From contig RDEW01000032.1 of the NCBI GenBank assembly GCA_011109175.1, positions 671,909-735,908 on the forward strand: a stretch of DNA of 64,000 nucleotides. The letters run 5' to 3'. Below, in pieces: positions 26,792-40,599 of this stretch. Each line of letters opens with the position of its first letter. Position 1 is the stretch's first letter. Position numbers and translations under genes: made by a program. The notes under the pieces were generated by a model that was not told the origin of the DNA, did not search any database, and saw nothing but the letters and a program-made list of their open reading frames with translations. This DNA comes from Dicyema japonicum (Eukaryota; Animalia; Dicyemida).

Positions 26792-26989
26792 ATAATCATT
26801 CATATCTTGTCGATATAATCCTTATTTGAAATTCATGAATATAATTAATAAAAATGTGTTAAAAATAATGCAGGATTTCATTGAGTAGTGTGATAAACTA
26901 AATCGAAATAGTTATCATTATAAAATATATTTATTTAAAAAAATGCTAAGTGTGCCATGATTTATCTGCCCCAATGTAAATTCCCGATT

Positions 26990-28390
26990 TTCCGCGGCGA
27001 AATCGACATCATCCACGTAAATGAGTTTCATAAAATGGTTATCAGGACATCCATCATCCCCGTAAATAGCGTATCTCCTTGTGAGGTTCCAACATTGGTA
27101 GAAAATGGTCTAGACTCCTTAGAGCACTCTGACGAGTAGTTCAGTTTCAGATGATAGCATATGTATCATGCGCAGACTGTCTTCATCGATAACGTACTTA
27201 ACAGTAATTTACTCTTGTTGATGCTGTTAAAAGCCTCGCTCATGTCGATTCTAAGGATATGAAAGGATCGTTTGTACTTAGGACATATTGCAATGATCCA
27301 GCGATGGCTCCAGACAACAGTAGCCGTGGATCTTTAAGGCCTGAAACCACTCTGACGGCAAGAGAGATATTTACCGATATTGTTATATGATCCCCGTCTA
27401 GCACAATAGTTCTTCAGCTTCCGAAGGGTCCTCGTCTTTTTCCCGGTTTATGAACAGGCATTATTATTCCAGTCCCGATTAGAAGCGGGCAGTGTAATGC
27501 AAAAGCCTTGTTCAGTATTTATGCGAAAAAACTCGCCAGATTATTGGGAGCGTATTTGAGTAATTCCCTTGGGACTCCGTCACATCCTGCGGCTCTGTTG
27601 TTGTTCATATGGTGGAATGCTTCTAGGACCTACAAATTTGTCATTTCGTTTGATAAGCTCCGCGGATGCCACAAATGTGAGTGCATAGGTATCATCTGTT
27701 TGGAATTGCTTCTGAAAGTGGTCAACAATTCGTGAGACTTTGTCCTCATCATCCAATATTAAGTGATCCTATTCATCCCATATCAATATTTTGGAATTTT
27801 GGAACCCCGATTAAGTAGTCGCATAGCCATTAACATTTGACTTTCTGGTAAGAGCATTTCAATTTCGGTAACCTTCTTGTCTAAGTATTTCGTTCACAAT
27901 AGATTTGCCCGGACTCTTATTTAATGAAGGGCTCTGTTTCGTTCTCTTCTGGTGTTCAGACAGCAATTTTCAATCTTAAGCGGATGTTTCTTTGAAGCTT
28001 TAACATTTCCTTCAGTTTAGAATTATAATATGCGTAGTTGTTGTTAGAGCGGTTACTTCTATAGCCGATAGTATTCGTCAAGGCATATTTTGCATGTTTA
28101 ACGGCCTCGACCACTTTTCCAAGAGAACGTCTGTTATTTCTTCCATATTTAGTTGTGATGTGTGTTGCTCGATGTTGTCTTGAAATTTTCTCCGTTTCAC
28201 AGTGTTGTTTATCAGTTCATCTGTAACTAGTCTTCGATGTTTAATGTTAGCTGGATTGTTCTGGGCAATGCTACTAAATAGTTTCCGTCTGCAAATCCGA
28301 GCCACCGTTATCCTGTGATCACTATTTGTTAACGGTCTAAATCCCCGACAGGGTGTTCCGTTTCGAACTCGCTGATAGTCCTCTAACATT
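26990..28390 (-). mobile_element. Decayed RTE-like LINE
   Basis: SDHRI, SRAAGCDGVPRELLK, DMSEAFNSI and VGTSQGD motifs with stops. Confidence 0.65.
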
Positions 28391-29542
28391 AAATGAAGCG
28401 ATAGTAAAAGGCCCTAATCGAGAACATGTTTGAGACATATCTAAGAGAGGCACGTCAGCGCATCAGTCAAATTATGAATTGTATGTTGAGAATTCCTATA
28501 TTTTAGAGCTACATTACGGTCACGTGTGGCGCTCAGTATTGGAAAAGACTGTTTAAGAAGTTTCCAGGAGGAGTCATAGGGTTATTCCTACAACGAGATT
28601 TCAACATATTCGTGAAATGTTTGCACATCTGCTGCAGGGAATGGGGTTTGGAGCAGAAAGCTCTACAAACATGCAAGGAAACAAAAACGATCTAGTGCTT
28701 GCGAGAATTAGAGAGTACAAAGAAAATCTAAAGGGAAAAAATCGTAACACTGGTGGACGAAATTGAAATAATGTTAAGTCAATAACATACTGAGTAGAGG
28801 CAGAGCACCTAATGATATTTTGATTCTGACAATGATGGGAACTCAATTATGAACAAGGTGAGAAGGCAGCTACTTCTGTTTTTCTGTGTGTATGTAAGTC
28901 TTTACTAAAACATGTCGAGATTATGTAGTTTGGTGTCGTTGTGTTCTTTTGGTAACAAGGTAATTTCCACAATTTGGCACAAATGAGGTAAAAGTAAGAT
29001 CTTCCAATATCAAATCTAGGATGGGGACCTTCAGGAAAGGTCAATGTTTACGTGGGTGGATCTTTAAGTTAGATGAGGTTGAAAATTTGTAATTTCTAAA
29101 ATATTGTTTATTTGAGATTCGCGTCACAAATTAATGAAAGCAGGTCAATTTTTGTTGTTTTACTTTGAATTGGTGCAGTTGAGGGAATATTTCTAATGGA
29201 GTGGGAGAGCGAATGACCAATTTACATGCCACCACATATCTGGAGGCCACTAGCGACTGGTGGGTCATACGGCGCCGATCCAATAGAACGAGAGAAGAGA
29301 AGGAACCGTCAGCCAGTGTTGGGGATCGGGTCCGTGGATCATAGAGACATACTCCACTAAGCTACCTGATCTTTAAAATGATTGATTTGACTGTCGATTG
29401 GGATATTTTTGTGGACAAACTAATTTACAGCTTATTTTAGGTTTAAAAGACTTGCATTTGCCCACCAGGTCATGTAATGAAAGAAAGAGATAACCCGTAT
29501 GCAATAAAAGAAAATATCAATATAATATATTGAAAATACTAT

Positions 29543-30429
29543 TTATCTAATTATGTAGGTTGTCATCATAACATGGTTTACTGAAATGCAGAATATAATC
29601 TAAAATAAGGCCATGATAACCAGTATTACGTCAAATACACCTAAAAATATCGTGATTTGAAGTCGATGACTCAAAGTAAAAGTTTTGAGCACAGTCAAGC
29701 AGCCTACGCTAAATATATTTAGATAGCTGTTACTCTAAAGATAAGAATAGGAGTACTCTGGTATTTTCTCCACAAAATAGGTTTTTTGTAATATGAAAAT
29801 CAATACAGCAGGAATAGGGGACAGTGCATTTTTGACTGCCAGGTTTGCATCCAAAATTGGAGATTCTGTCGAAGTCACTAGGTCCATAAATTCCACAGCA
29901 GTTATACTGGAAATAATCACAATGACGACCAATATTTGGAATGCATCAATCAAGGATTGAATAATAGACATGTTGTTATATTTTTTGAGGAAAAACAAGG
30001 CTGCTTTATCAAAGACTAGATTGAAGATTTCATCCCGAGCAGTTTTGTCATAGTAATACATTACCACGACCCCAGTAATCATCAGTAATAATATTAAAAT
30101 CACGATTAAAAACCAGAGGAACTTAAATTTTGGAAATAATAATACTATTTTGAGAAGCCGTCCGTTTTCTCTGATCGTTCCAATAATCCCAATCGCATTG
30201 ATAAAGATTGCCGTTAATAGTATAAAAAATATGATCCCCACCACAAAACATAGATCGATGAATATCTCATTATCGCTACCAATCTGTTGGTGTACAAGGA
30301 TTATCGTATATCCTAATACTATACCGGCAAATATGTAAGCTAACTGTATTAGTGAATAATCCAATAAACTTGGAAACATGAAATAAAACTGATAGTCAGA
30401 GTCTTCTTTATGAACCAACAATTAGGCAT
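29543..30429 (-). CDS. Tetraspanin family protein with tiny introns
   Basis: Hydrophobic TM segments, GIIGTIREN..LL, large loop with YNCCG, PYSCC and GCL; both ends inferred. Confidence 0.85.
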
Positions 30430-30562
30430 ATTTATCGAATACTAACCAGGTCAAGCGATCAGTTCATTTTATATTAGTTAGATTCACGTATATACACAGT
30501 TTTCCAAGAAATTAGAGGTAGACAAAATTAAGAAAATAACATTGTTAGTTATTAAGAACGGG

Positions 30563-32101
30563 TTATATTAGTGTAACAGTTTCCTTAGACGATGGCCCAA
30601 GACTGACCCATTTTACTAAAAATTGGGAAATTAGGTACCTTTGAGATTACTTAACCTCTCCACAGCCTTCACATAGTCACGAGCATTCACTGGTAAGTCT
30701 TCGAACTTTGATATTTTACTGATCTCACAACACCACCCTGGAAGACGCTCATAGACAACTTCTACTTCCGCCAGTTGTTCACAGTTGGCTAAACATTAAC
30801 TATTACTCACGTGGGACATAATCAATAGGAACTCCCTCGTAAAGATAATGTGACCCAATTAAGATCTCTTCCAAGTCACTGAGAACATCCAGTTTGGTGA
30901 GTGCAATACTAAACATAAGACAGTCCCTTACTAAGTGAATCCATTGACAAGGGCTGAATACCTCATAACCTGAGAATCCAGCCACCCACAGCGTCGGATT
31001 CTACCAGTAGTCGTCCCAATCTCGTTCCCCTTCTTTTGAAGCATAGATGACGTCTCCTATAAACATCAATCAAAAAGTGACGTCATTGATCTCTGTTGGG
31101 AAGGGACCTGAGCCGACTCTTGTAGTGTAAGCCTTGAAAACTCCGACAATGTCATTCACGTGTTTGGGGGATATTCCAAGACCAGTAAAGACCCCACCAA
31201 TTGCACAGTTCGAGGAGGTAACATTCGGATAAGTCCCTAAAGATGAGTCCCCCACAAACCAAAGTCAATGTCCAGCATAAATCCATTGGCTCCCTCAACC
31301 AAGACTGATTTCCCTTTGCTGATTTCCTTATTGAGAAATACACACGTGTCAGTTACCATGGATTTGAAATAATCTCGGTATTCCTAGTCATCACACAAGG
31401 GACAACTTTATAAGTCTCAATTTCAGCCTTAATGTCGACAGTCAGCGAGGGGAACATGGCCTGTTGGTCAAATACGAGTCTTTCAAACCTTAAAATAAGT
31501 CAGAAATTACTTGTCCACGAAAATATCCCAATCTCCCATCAAATCAGCCAATTTGAGGACAGTCCGGTTGACCTGGAAATGAGAGACATCACACCTTCGC
31601 TGAATAACAAGGACCGATTCCTTTCTTGGTAGTCCCTATTCTAAAGTTGGGAATAAAATCGAACTTTTTGTCATTTCTGAGCTGTTCTTGGGCAGCATCT
31701 ACGTCTTTGAATAATTGGAAAACTGGGTCATTTATGCAAGACTACCAATTGGTGCTCGATTGGAAATCAAAAGACGACTTCTTAGGTCTGTAATCCCACC
31801 TTTCTCAATATCTTCAATCTCAGTCTTCAGATCAGTGAGGCTGACAACGACTCCGTTACCTCACATTAAAAAATCACGGAAAACCGATAACCCCTGTAAC
31901 CGACTTGTGGCATATCCCCGAAGGAATGAGATGAAAAAAGAAATTTCTTCCTTCAAAAATGACTGTATGTCCCGCATTGGATCCTCCCTGACAGCGACAG
32001 ACGTAATCGTAGTTGAGAGCCATCTGATCCACCATTTTCCCCTTTCCTTCGTCTCCCCATTGTCCTCCAATTATTATATCAACTTTCTTATTTGAAACCA
32101 T
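30563..32101 (-). CDS. ADSS: Adenylosuccinate synthetase
   Basis: [67 protein letters not shown]. Confidence 0.97.
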
Positions 32102-33799
32102 TCAATGGTTGATGCTAAACACGCCTGATTTAATTTATTTAATAAAATAACGTATTTTTATTTAAATTCAATATTTTATTGAATTCATTCACGTTAACCA
32201 ATAAATTTCTCAAATTTTAGTTGTTATGACGTCCATACATTGACACTTGCTTATCAGATCGCATGCTAGCAAGATTTCTTGTGACGCCACAAAAATCTGT
32301 TACCTCTGACCTTAAAAACATTAGCTCAGGAGCAGTAAAAATTGCTATAAGAATGAATCTCGTAGGATTCCAGAAAATCTAGATTCCAGATGCTTCTTAA
32401 TTCTGTATAAATTGTTGCTGAAATACAATTTTTAATATGCTATCTGCGTCTTCTACTGTGAAGTAGGTTTTCATTGTCATCTTTATCAATTAATAAATTC
32501 AGGACAATTTCCCCTTCTGACCAGAATTATTTNAACTTTCTTATTTGAAACCATTCAATGGTTGATGCTAAACACGCCTGATTTAATTTATTTAATAAAA
32601 TAACGTATTTTTATTTAAATTCAATATTTTATTGAATTCATTCACGTTAACCAATAAATTTCTCAAATTTTAGTTGTAATGACGTCCATACATTGACACT
32701 TGCTTATCAGATCGCATGCTAGCAAGATTTCTTGTGACGCCACAAAAATCTGTTACCTCTGACCTTAAAAACATTAGCTCAGGAGCAGTAAAAATTGCTA
32801 TAAGAATGAATCTCGTAGGATTCCAGAAAATCTAGATTCCAGATGCTTCTTAATTCTGCATAAATTGTTGCTGAAATACAATTTTTAATATGCTATCTGC
32901 GTCTTCTACTGTGAAGTAGGTTTATATTGTCATCTTTATCAATTAATAAATTCAGGACAATTTCCCCTTCTGACCAGAATTATTTTGGGAGGATAGCCAA
33001 TTTCAATAAAATTTTCTATTTTTATGCAAGAAATTTATTAGTGTATTCACATATATTTATATGGATTCCTTAGATCAAACCAACTTTTTCAAATCTATAA
33101 TAAATGCATTTAAAAAACTCAAAAATAGCTTCGGTCAAGTTACCTAAATTTTCTACACTTTTGCATAATAGGAAGTAAAAAATACCCTCAAACGAGTTTT
33201 GTAAAATTTACTGTTCAACTTATGCAAGGAAAATCATGTTCGAGTAAGCATTAGTGACCTCATTGATCCTAGAGTCGGTAGATGGAATGAGAAAATCAGA
33301 TATTTTTACAGTAGCACCTGTGAAATACTAGTAAAATTGATAAACCTGCTAGTTTGAGATGTTTCTTAGGCAAAAGATTCAATAAAAAGCTGGTGTCAGT
33401 AAATTCGTGAGTTGATAGAAAATTCACCAGGATGTTTTCTAATAATAATGTTAAGCTTTTCAATGACCTTCCTGATTTGAATGAGACACAACAGTTGATA
33501 ACACGTTAGTATTTTATTCAAAAACTCTAAACATTAATAAATAAATAATAAAAAATCAATTAAAAATTTGACTTTATTGACCTAAAAAATTAAATTTTGA
33601 CCTTTTTTGACTTTATTGACAAAAATCGCCCTAGCAATGACCAGTCGACCGAGTGTTTAATTGCTGGAATGATGAGATGACGACATACTTAAAGTGCACG
33701 AAATATCTACTTAGCTTCATGATGAATGATCCTGTCTTCTTTTTCGTGAGCAATGACGGAGTTGAAAGACATACTTAAAGTGCACGAAATATCTACTTA

Positions 33800-36600
33800 G
33801 CTTCATGATGAATGATCCTGTCTTCTTTTTCGTGAGCAATGACGGAGTTGAAAGACATCGAAGATCTGAAGTTTGAACAAAGGAAGTTTCAGCACATTTC
33901 CATTAAAATCCAGGATCATTTGAGGTAGTCCTATTGAGGTTAAACAGAACTTGATTGATGACTGCCATTTTGTCTCCTTCCACTGACAACGTACCCCATC
34001 CGGAAATACATGAACGTGTGTTGATGGAAGCCATATAAAGTTAGTCAATGCAGATATATGGGTCGAAGTAGACCTCTCCTCTTTAAAACTATGTTGAAAT
34101 GACAAGAAGAGTGGTTTAATATCCTCGATAATGTAGCGATTCCATAATCACCAAGATTCTTTATCATTGGGATCTTTTCCATCAGAATAGGTTGTTTTAA
34201 TGGATTTCAATACATTTATCACGTCGTTTTCAGTGAAGTAAATCACATCAGTATCCTTTTCACACAGGATTCCAGTCATGGTCTCCCGAAAACTCACACA
34301 GGACTCTAGTCAAAAGAAGATTTCCCAACCTCACTCAGTCTTGTCTATGTACAGACACTATAACACGCCCCCTACCAATAAACAGCTGGATCCTTCGGGT
34401 AACTTCTCAGCCGAGAAAGCTAAGCTGTAAACATTTGAATCTCTCGGGGACCTTATGTTCGTAATCCCTTCAAAGAGATCTATCACACAATAATGATGAG
34501 ATAAGTGACAAAGTCGTCCATAAAATGAGCATATCCACGTAAGCACCTCAGCCACAAATGGAAGTTACAAAGAATGAAGATGACATTCATTTAATATTAT
34601 AGGCACATTTTCTTTCCACCTCAAGTCCCTCCCACGTGCTCAGTTTATCAATCTGTAATCATCAATCCGCTTACAAAATTTACAGGACAACCTGAGATGT
34701 TGGCTAATGGGGAACCTGTTACGCACAACTATTGAAAAACTAGCACAATGATTTTTACTTCAAATAGAAGACTACAAACTCGGCACTTTTTTACCCTTAA
34801 TCGAATGTCAATCCCCTCACAAACTCCATCTAAATACTGGGGATCACATACGACCTCCTTATGACTTTCAGCAAGCATGTCAGCAACGCTATTGCCTATT
34901 CCCAGCAAAAACTAAACACTTTTTTGATAGTAAAAAGGCTGTTTTTACTGAACGTTAAGCCATCTTTATACGCAATACATTAACTATCTACTGCTGTGCG
35001 GTTTGGGGCACAAACCTATCCTATACCAGCCTAAAGAAATCAATTTTTTCAAGAAACAGTCACGGGGCCATAAAAAAATTCACCTCCTCGCCATTAATGC
35101 CAACTTTTTTCGAGGAACTTGTGAGGAAAAGGAGAGCCCGACTGAAATCTCCAAAATTCTTAAAAGTATCTCATACATACAGGTAGTGCGTCGGTTCTCA
35201 GGAGGAACACTGAGAAGGGATGAGACGGCTGCTTAAGGAGGCCGGGATCACCTGATGACCACGTATTCCCTTTAATTTGTTGATGATTTTTGGTTTTAAA
35301 TGAATACACGTGATGTTGTAGAATAAACTATGTATCGCTATAAGGATATAGTTGGCATCTCCACCAAAGAAAGCGATGGAAAGCTGGGGGAAATTTTCAT
35401 AGAAGGTCGAGGATAACATTGCAGGTTGTTCTACAAATGGTGAATAAGGGGAAAGAATATGACATTCTCTCGTCGTACTGTTTAAGAAGAGGACGAAAGG
35501 TATTAGGGGATATCAAATTTTGTTGAAAACAAAATTGAAGGTCTAAGTAAAAGGCTTGAACTCTCTGAGACGTTACTCTGCAGGTAACCTCTGTTTTGAA
35601 TTAACCGAAGACTGTTTTATTGACGTCTCGACCCCTCTGAGGGCATCATCGACGAGAACGAGTGCTTACGACGTGGAATAATGTGTAGAAATGAAGAATA
35701 AGCTGGGCGGACTCTGGTACGTGATAGCAACATCTATCCTACCTATGATTCGAAGACACATGACTCATCCTGTATAAGGAAGAGGAAAATTGTGATGACT
35801 ATGATAACTAGTGATAGTAAATTGAGCAATTTTATGCTGACTTTAGGGGACTTCTAACGAACGACAACGAAAATTCCTAAAAAGGACCGATCTTCCTAAC
35901 AGTCTTCTTTAAAAATTCTTTTCAGATAGCTTGAAACTCACCAAATTGTGAGCTGACTCCGTGTCCAATGAAAAGAGCAGTAAAGGATGTCTGCATCCCC
36001 CTTGTCAGTCTGGCATTGTTTGGTTAGCTGGGGACATTATTTCTCTTTAAACTATGATTATGGCTGTGGGCTTTCAAATCCCTTCGTCAAAGAAGAATCC
36101 TTCCTGTTGGGAAACTAACTGTTGACCATAAAGAGGAGACCGAGTCCCTTGTTCACTTGGGATTCAGCGATGCGAATAGACCACAAGGTCATCTATAAGG
36201 CCATTAATCCTGGTACTACGAGGAAGCGGGAGGATGCCTACGATGTGGTAGTTCTCCCGATTTCACAAAATGCACACCAAAACTTAAGGGAATGAAGAAA
36301 TGCATCAACCGTGGATCGCCAAAGCATAAAACGAGGTACAGGTGTCCCCCAATTGCCAAGGTGGTGCAAAGTCTATGGAAGAATAGATATTTTGAAGGAG
36401 TCCACTCTTCTTTTAAAAGACCTCTTAGTAACGCAAGAACCACGTTGGATACTGACCCAACCAGTACTTCTTGTACTGAAAAAGCAAATCACTTATTCAC
36501 TTCTCAATCAGTTTTTGGTGGTTGTTGTTGACTGTGCCACTTCACGGATCATGGTGGATGGTCTCTAATCCAAATCTTTAAAATCTCCTCTGATGAGTAG
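33800..36600 (-). mobile_element. Highly decayed LINE-derived sequence
   Basis: Scattered RT, endonuclease and RNase H-like peptides (FQHSFK..RSTSTH, GIGNSVADML); boundaries approximate. Confidence 0.4.
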
Positions 36601-37971
36601 CATCATTCTTTTCTTCAAACTTGGAGATTTGAACTCAGTATTATAATTTAGGGGGCCAAACCACTAGTCTCCTAATGGTGGAGACATGTTTCGTGATAGG
36701 AAACTCACCTTATAAGCTGGGGAGGCTACTGAATAAGGTAATAAACATATTTATGCCTCCTACAAAAGTTTATCTACCCCCTATCTGGAGTTACTTCAAT
36801 TTTGTTAACTAGAAAAAAATTGGATTTACTAATCAATATGTTGTCATGGAAACGCGAAGTGTATTGTTAAGAAATCTCTTTTTTTAGGTTTTTGCAGTAT
36901 GCAACTATTTAATAGTCTAAAACTAAGATTATTTGGTTTCCATGCACAAAGGAGTCAGCCATGACACGATAGCAGAGACATAGTGCAATATAGCAACGTC
37001 ATTGTTCTTCAATAGTGCAGCTAATAGTAATGTGCAAACAAAGGAATCTACTGTCTCCCGAATATAATCTCCTTTACTGCAGGTATTACAGATCCTGGTT
37101 ACAACCGTAAGGTACAACTACTCAACTCACAACAGCATGTCTACAATTAAATGCAATATGCATGTCATGACTAATCCAATGCAGTGAATTGAAAATACTA
37201 AATATTCACAGATTTAAGATAGTTTGTAATATTTATCAAATGATAATTAAAANTAAGGTACAACTACTCAACTCACAACAGCATGTCTACAATTAAATAC
37301 AATATGCATGTCATGACTAATCCAATGCAGTGAATTGAAAATACTAAATATTCACAAATTTAAGATAGTTTGTAATATTTATCAAAAGATAATTAAAAAA
37401 GTGAAATAATAGTTATTTTCAAATAATATAATTTACTTAACTTTAAAGCATTTAGACGATCCCAGCGGCGATATTGGCGTGATATATTTACGTTCGTTAG
37501 CGACGAATTGCAGTCAAGTCGATTTGCCGCCCACTCCAGGTGAATATTTGTTATTATTATTATTAAACCTGTGAATATTATTCTTAATAAATAAATGGCT
37601 GATTCATGTGATGTTTGTCTATAATATTTTGTAAATTATTATTAAATTAAATTAATAATTTTTAACAATTATTATTTTCTTTGTGAGCTAACCTGTTAAC
37701 CAACTGCCATTGAATAGCAGTTCGAAGGTGAGACTTAGTGGCTTCGTTTTATCATATGCTAACTTGTGCTGATTTATCAATTATTTTCGTCGTTTGTCTC
37801 CCCTTATTTATCCTCGAAACCCTATTTTATGACCTCATTTGATTTAATATGACGAATATTAATTCTAACGAAATTTCCTGCTTCTTTGAAAACTAAAGTT
37901 CTTTTACGCTTATTGATTTAGTTGGCGGTTACTGATACTTATATATAACTCATTTTACTCACATTTTTAGA

Positions 37972-40000
37972 ATGTATACTGATCAATCGACTCCCAGACC
38001 GGGCACTCCGTCTCTCCCACAAAATTTCCCCCCTAGAAGAGTCCCAATATCACAGGAGGAACATAAAATGATTCAACAGAGGGCTATGCATCATAAAATG
38101 GTCAACTATGACCAACCGATGATGAATCCACATCTCACTCGTGCCCCACAGATGCCAAGAAGACAGGCCTTCAATGCCGCTTCAGTCGTCAATCTTGCAG
38201 AGGGAAAAATTGGAGATATGAACAAGTTCCTAACAATGGCGCGCTCAAATACTCATCGCCTGGATCTCCAACTGCTGTATGATGTCACCAACGAGGCAAG
38301 ATGTGAGGAGGTTATCACTTATCCGAAATTTAGCTATCTGTACACTCCTGGTGGGAGAGGTTTGTCGATGAGTTTTTCGAGGATGAATCTTCGCTAAGAA
38401 TCACCGGATTTTTCGGTGGACTCGCCCGTTGTTTCGGTTTTTTGTTATAATCATGTGTCAGTTGTCGGCAAGTCACTGCTGGGTCGGTATTTCCGTTATT
38501 GTTTTGAGAACGGACTAATGATGCTCAACTACAGCCTCAGGCAGCCAGTCACGTGCTATCCGCGAATGAAAACCATGGTGGTGTTGTATCCCAACGCAGT
38601 TGCCCGCTCAGAATACAAGATGTGCAATCTCTCCTACGAGGTCGTGGTTAGTGGTACCCTGGAATTGGAGTTAAACCTTGCCACGAGCAGAATAAGGACG
38701 TTCACTTTCGAGCATTCATCATTCCGTGAACTAATCGACAAGGAGTCACTGAGAATGTACAGAAAGAGCGAGCAGAACTATCATTTTCTTTTCAACAACG
38801 TCACGGACAACGGACTTCCCCCTTTCATACTGCAGTTCTTGGAGATTAATACGGTGATGGAATCTATGAGGACGATGATGCTCCACTCCAAGACATACAA
38901 TATCGAGCCCATGGAGGCAATCAGGGCACTCATCATAGAGTCACAGCGGAAACAGCAGTCAGAAGCCCACCCATACCGGGAGATTGTTCCTAGCCAACAA
39001 CTGCCAAGTGTGGAGTCTTCCAGTTCTATAGGGAGGCCAACCTCCGCCCAGNAGCGAGCAGAACTATCATTTTCTTTTCAACAACGTCACGGACAACGGA
39101 CTTCCCCCTTTCATACTGCAGTTCTTGGAGATTAATACGGTGATGGAGTCTATGAGGACGATGATGCTCCACTCCAAGACATACAATATCGAGCCCATGG
39201 AGGCTATCAGAGCACTCATCATAGAGTCACAGCGGAAACAGCAGTCAGAAGCCCACCCATACCGGGAGATTGTTCCTAGCCAACAACTGCCAAGTGTGGA
39301 ATCTTCCAGTTCTATAGGGAGGCCAACCTCCGCCCAGTCGGATTCGTATGACAATTGCGGAGGGAAGAAACAGAAGAAGAATGTGGGGAGACGGATTAAC
39401 AGTACTGGTCGTTATAACATAGCCCCCACCACGGCTCCACGTGCTACTAGGAGGAGAACGAAGAAGCAGACGCCTCCCGGAAACGAGAGTTCTCCTCACA
39501 TAACCAAAGTTCCCACATCTCCCTCAGGACTGGTAGTGTGTGTTGATTATTAGAATATGCTACTTGTGTCAGAGCCTAAGTTGTATGTGATGGACAGAAT
39601 GTCTGACGATACCAAGACTATTCATAGAGTGAGTTGGTTGGGTTAGAGTAGGAGACGAATGAGGTTAAGCCTAATATTGTTGAGAAGAAGAAAGATAAAT
39701 GTGGATTTAATGACAGTGATTTCGACTGTTTTGGAGATTTAGTGTGATCTACGCTNCCAAAGTTCCCACATCTCCCTCAGGACTGGTAGTGTGTGTTGAT
39801 TATTAGAATATGCTACTCGTGTCAGAGCCTAAGTTGTATGTGATGGACAGAATGTCTGACGATACCAAGACTATTCATAGAGTGAGTTGGTTGTGTTAGA
39901 GTAGGAGACGAATGAGGTTAAGCCCAATATTGTTGAGAAGAAGAAAGATAAATGTGGATTTAATGACAGTGATTTCGACTGTTTTGGAGATTTAGTGTGA
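37972..40000 (+). CDS. LDB1: LIM domain-binding protein (LDB/Chip); 3' part doubled by assembly overlaps (first stop 39745-39747)
   Basis: WWERFVDEFFEDES.L.IT, VGKSLLGRYFRYCFENG, GLPPFILQFLEI..VMESM...M.HSK.Y, and LID-like NMLLVSEPKL....MSDDTKTIHR. Confidence 0.88.
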
Positions 40001-40599
40001 TCTACGATTATGTTGATACCATATTTTTATTAATAAATCATACTTTATGTATTTACGGGGGGTTTTAGTTACCATTAGGTGGGTTAGTTTTTTTACTATG
40101 GTTATTAGTACACGTAAACTGAGAGTTAAAAGTGACCGAATTGGGAGTGGTTGCTTCTTTTACGTTGGTTGAGATCATTTACATTATTTGAGTATGGTAT
40201 CAATTTTGGAATAATTTGTAGAACTTCAATATAATTAGGGAGGGATGGCTGATTGATCACTTTTCTATGCAAATCATACGAGGAAGCGTGCTCTCAATCA
40301 CGAGAGTTGCTTACAACACTTTGGAGACTTAAATCTTTTAATTGACTATGTTGAAGTCCCATTTACTGCAATAGTTCTTAATTTCATTGACTATTTGTAG
40401 ACTTAAGGGGTTAATACTGCTGAATGCCTATATTTATCAGTAATGTGGCTAATAATACTCACCTTACATGACAAAGGTAGAGTTAAACTTACAAATTCAG
40501 TAATATTCATAAACTAAATAACCTTGCTGACAATTTGCCCTAAGTATCCCAGTAAGACTGCTGATGTTGTCTTTAGTCACGTGTACGATCTGTGATGGC

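Larger units (their letters stand above)
24190..26976 (-). mobile_element. Decayed Tc1-like transposon interrupted by a hAT element
   Basis: HTH MSVRKEHSLDLKQLVV..H.RGKSYKEIS; LRSEGI..RRPRRVPLL; candidate 5' end ta-cattggggcaga at 26976; partner TIR not found. Confidence 0.75.

Noticed and set aside
32081-32985. Roughly 450-bp tandem duplication at the ADSS 5' end, and similar pairs around n at 25255, 37253, 41336 and 63241
   Set aside because: Each pair is centred on an N, so these are scaffolding artefacts.
33682-33858. Perfect 86-bp tandem repeat (also 89 bp at 22445 and 152 bp at 25925) as a CRISPR-like or functional array
   Set aside because: Only two identical units with no spacers; a gap-closing artefact or simple duplication cannot be distinguished without reads.
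38766-40007. Apparent internal exon duplications in LDB1 around n at 39052 and 39756
   Set aside because: Contig-end overlaps joined by a single N. The four differences in the first pair are all synonymous (GAA/GAG, GCA/GCT, AGG/AGA, GAG/GAA), which fits two alleles.
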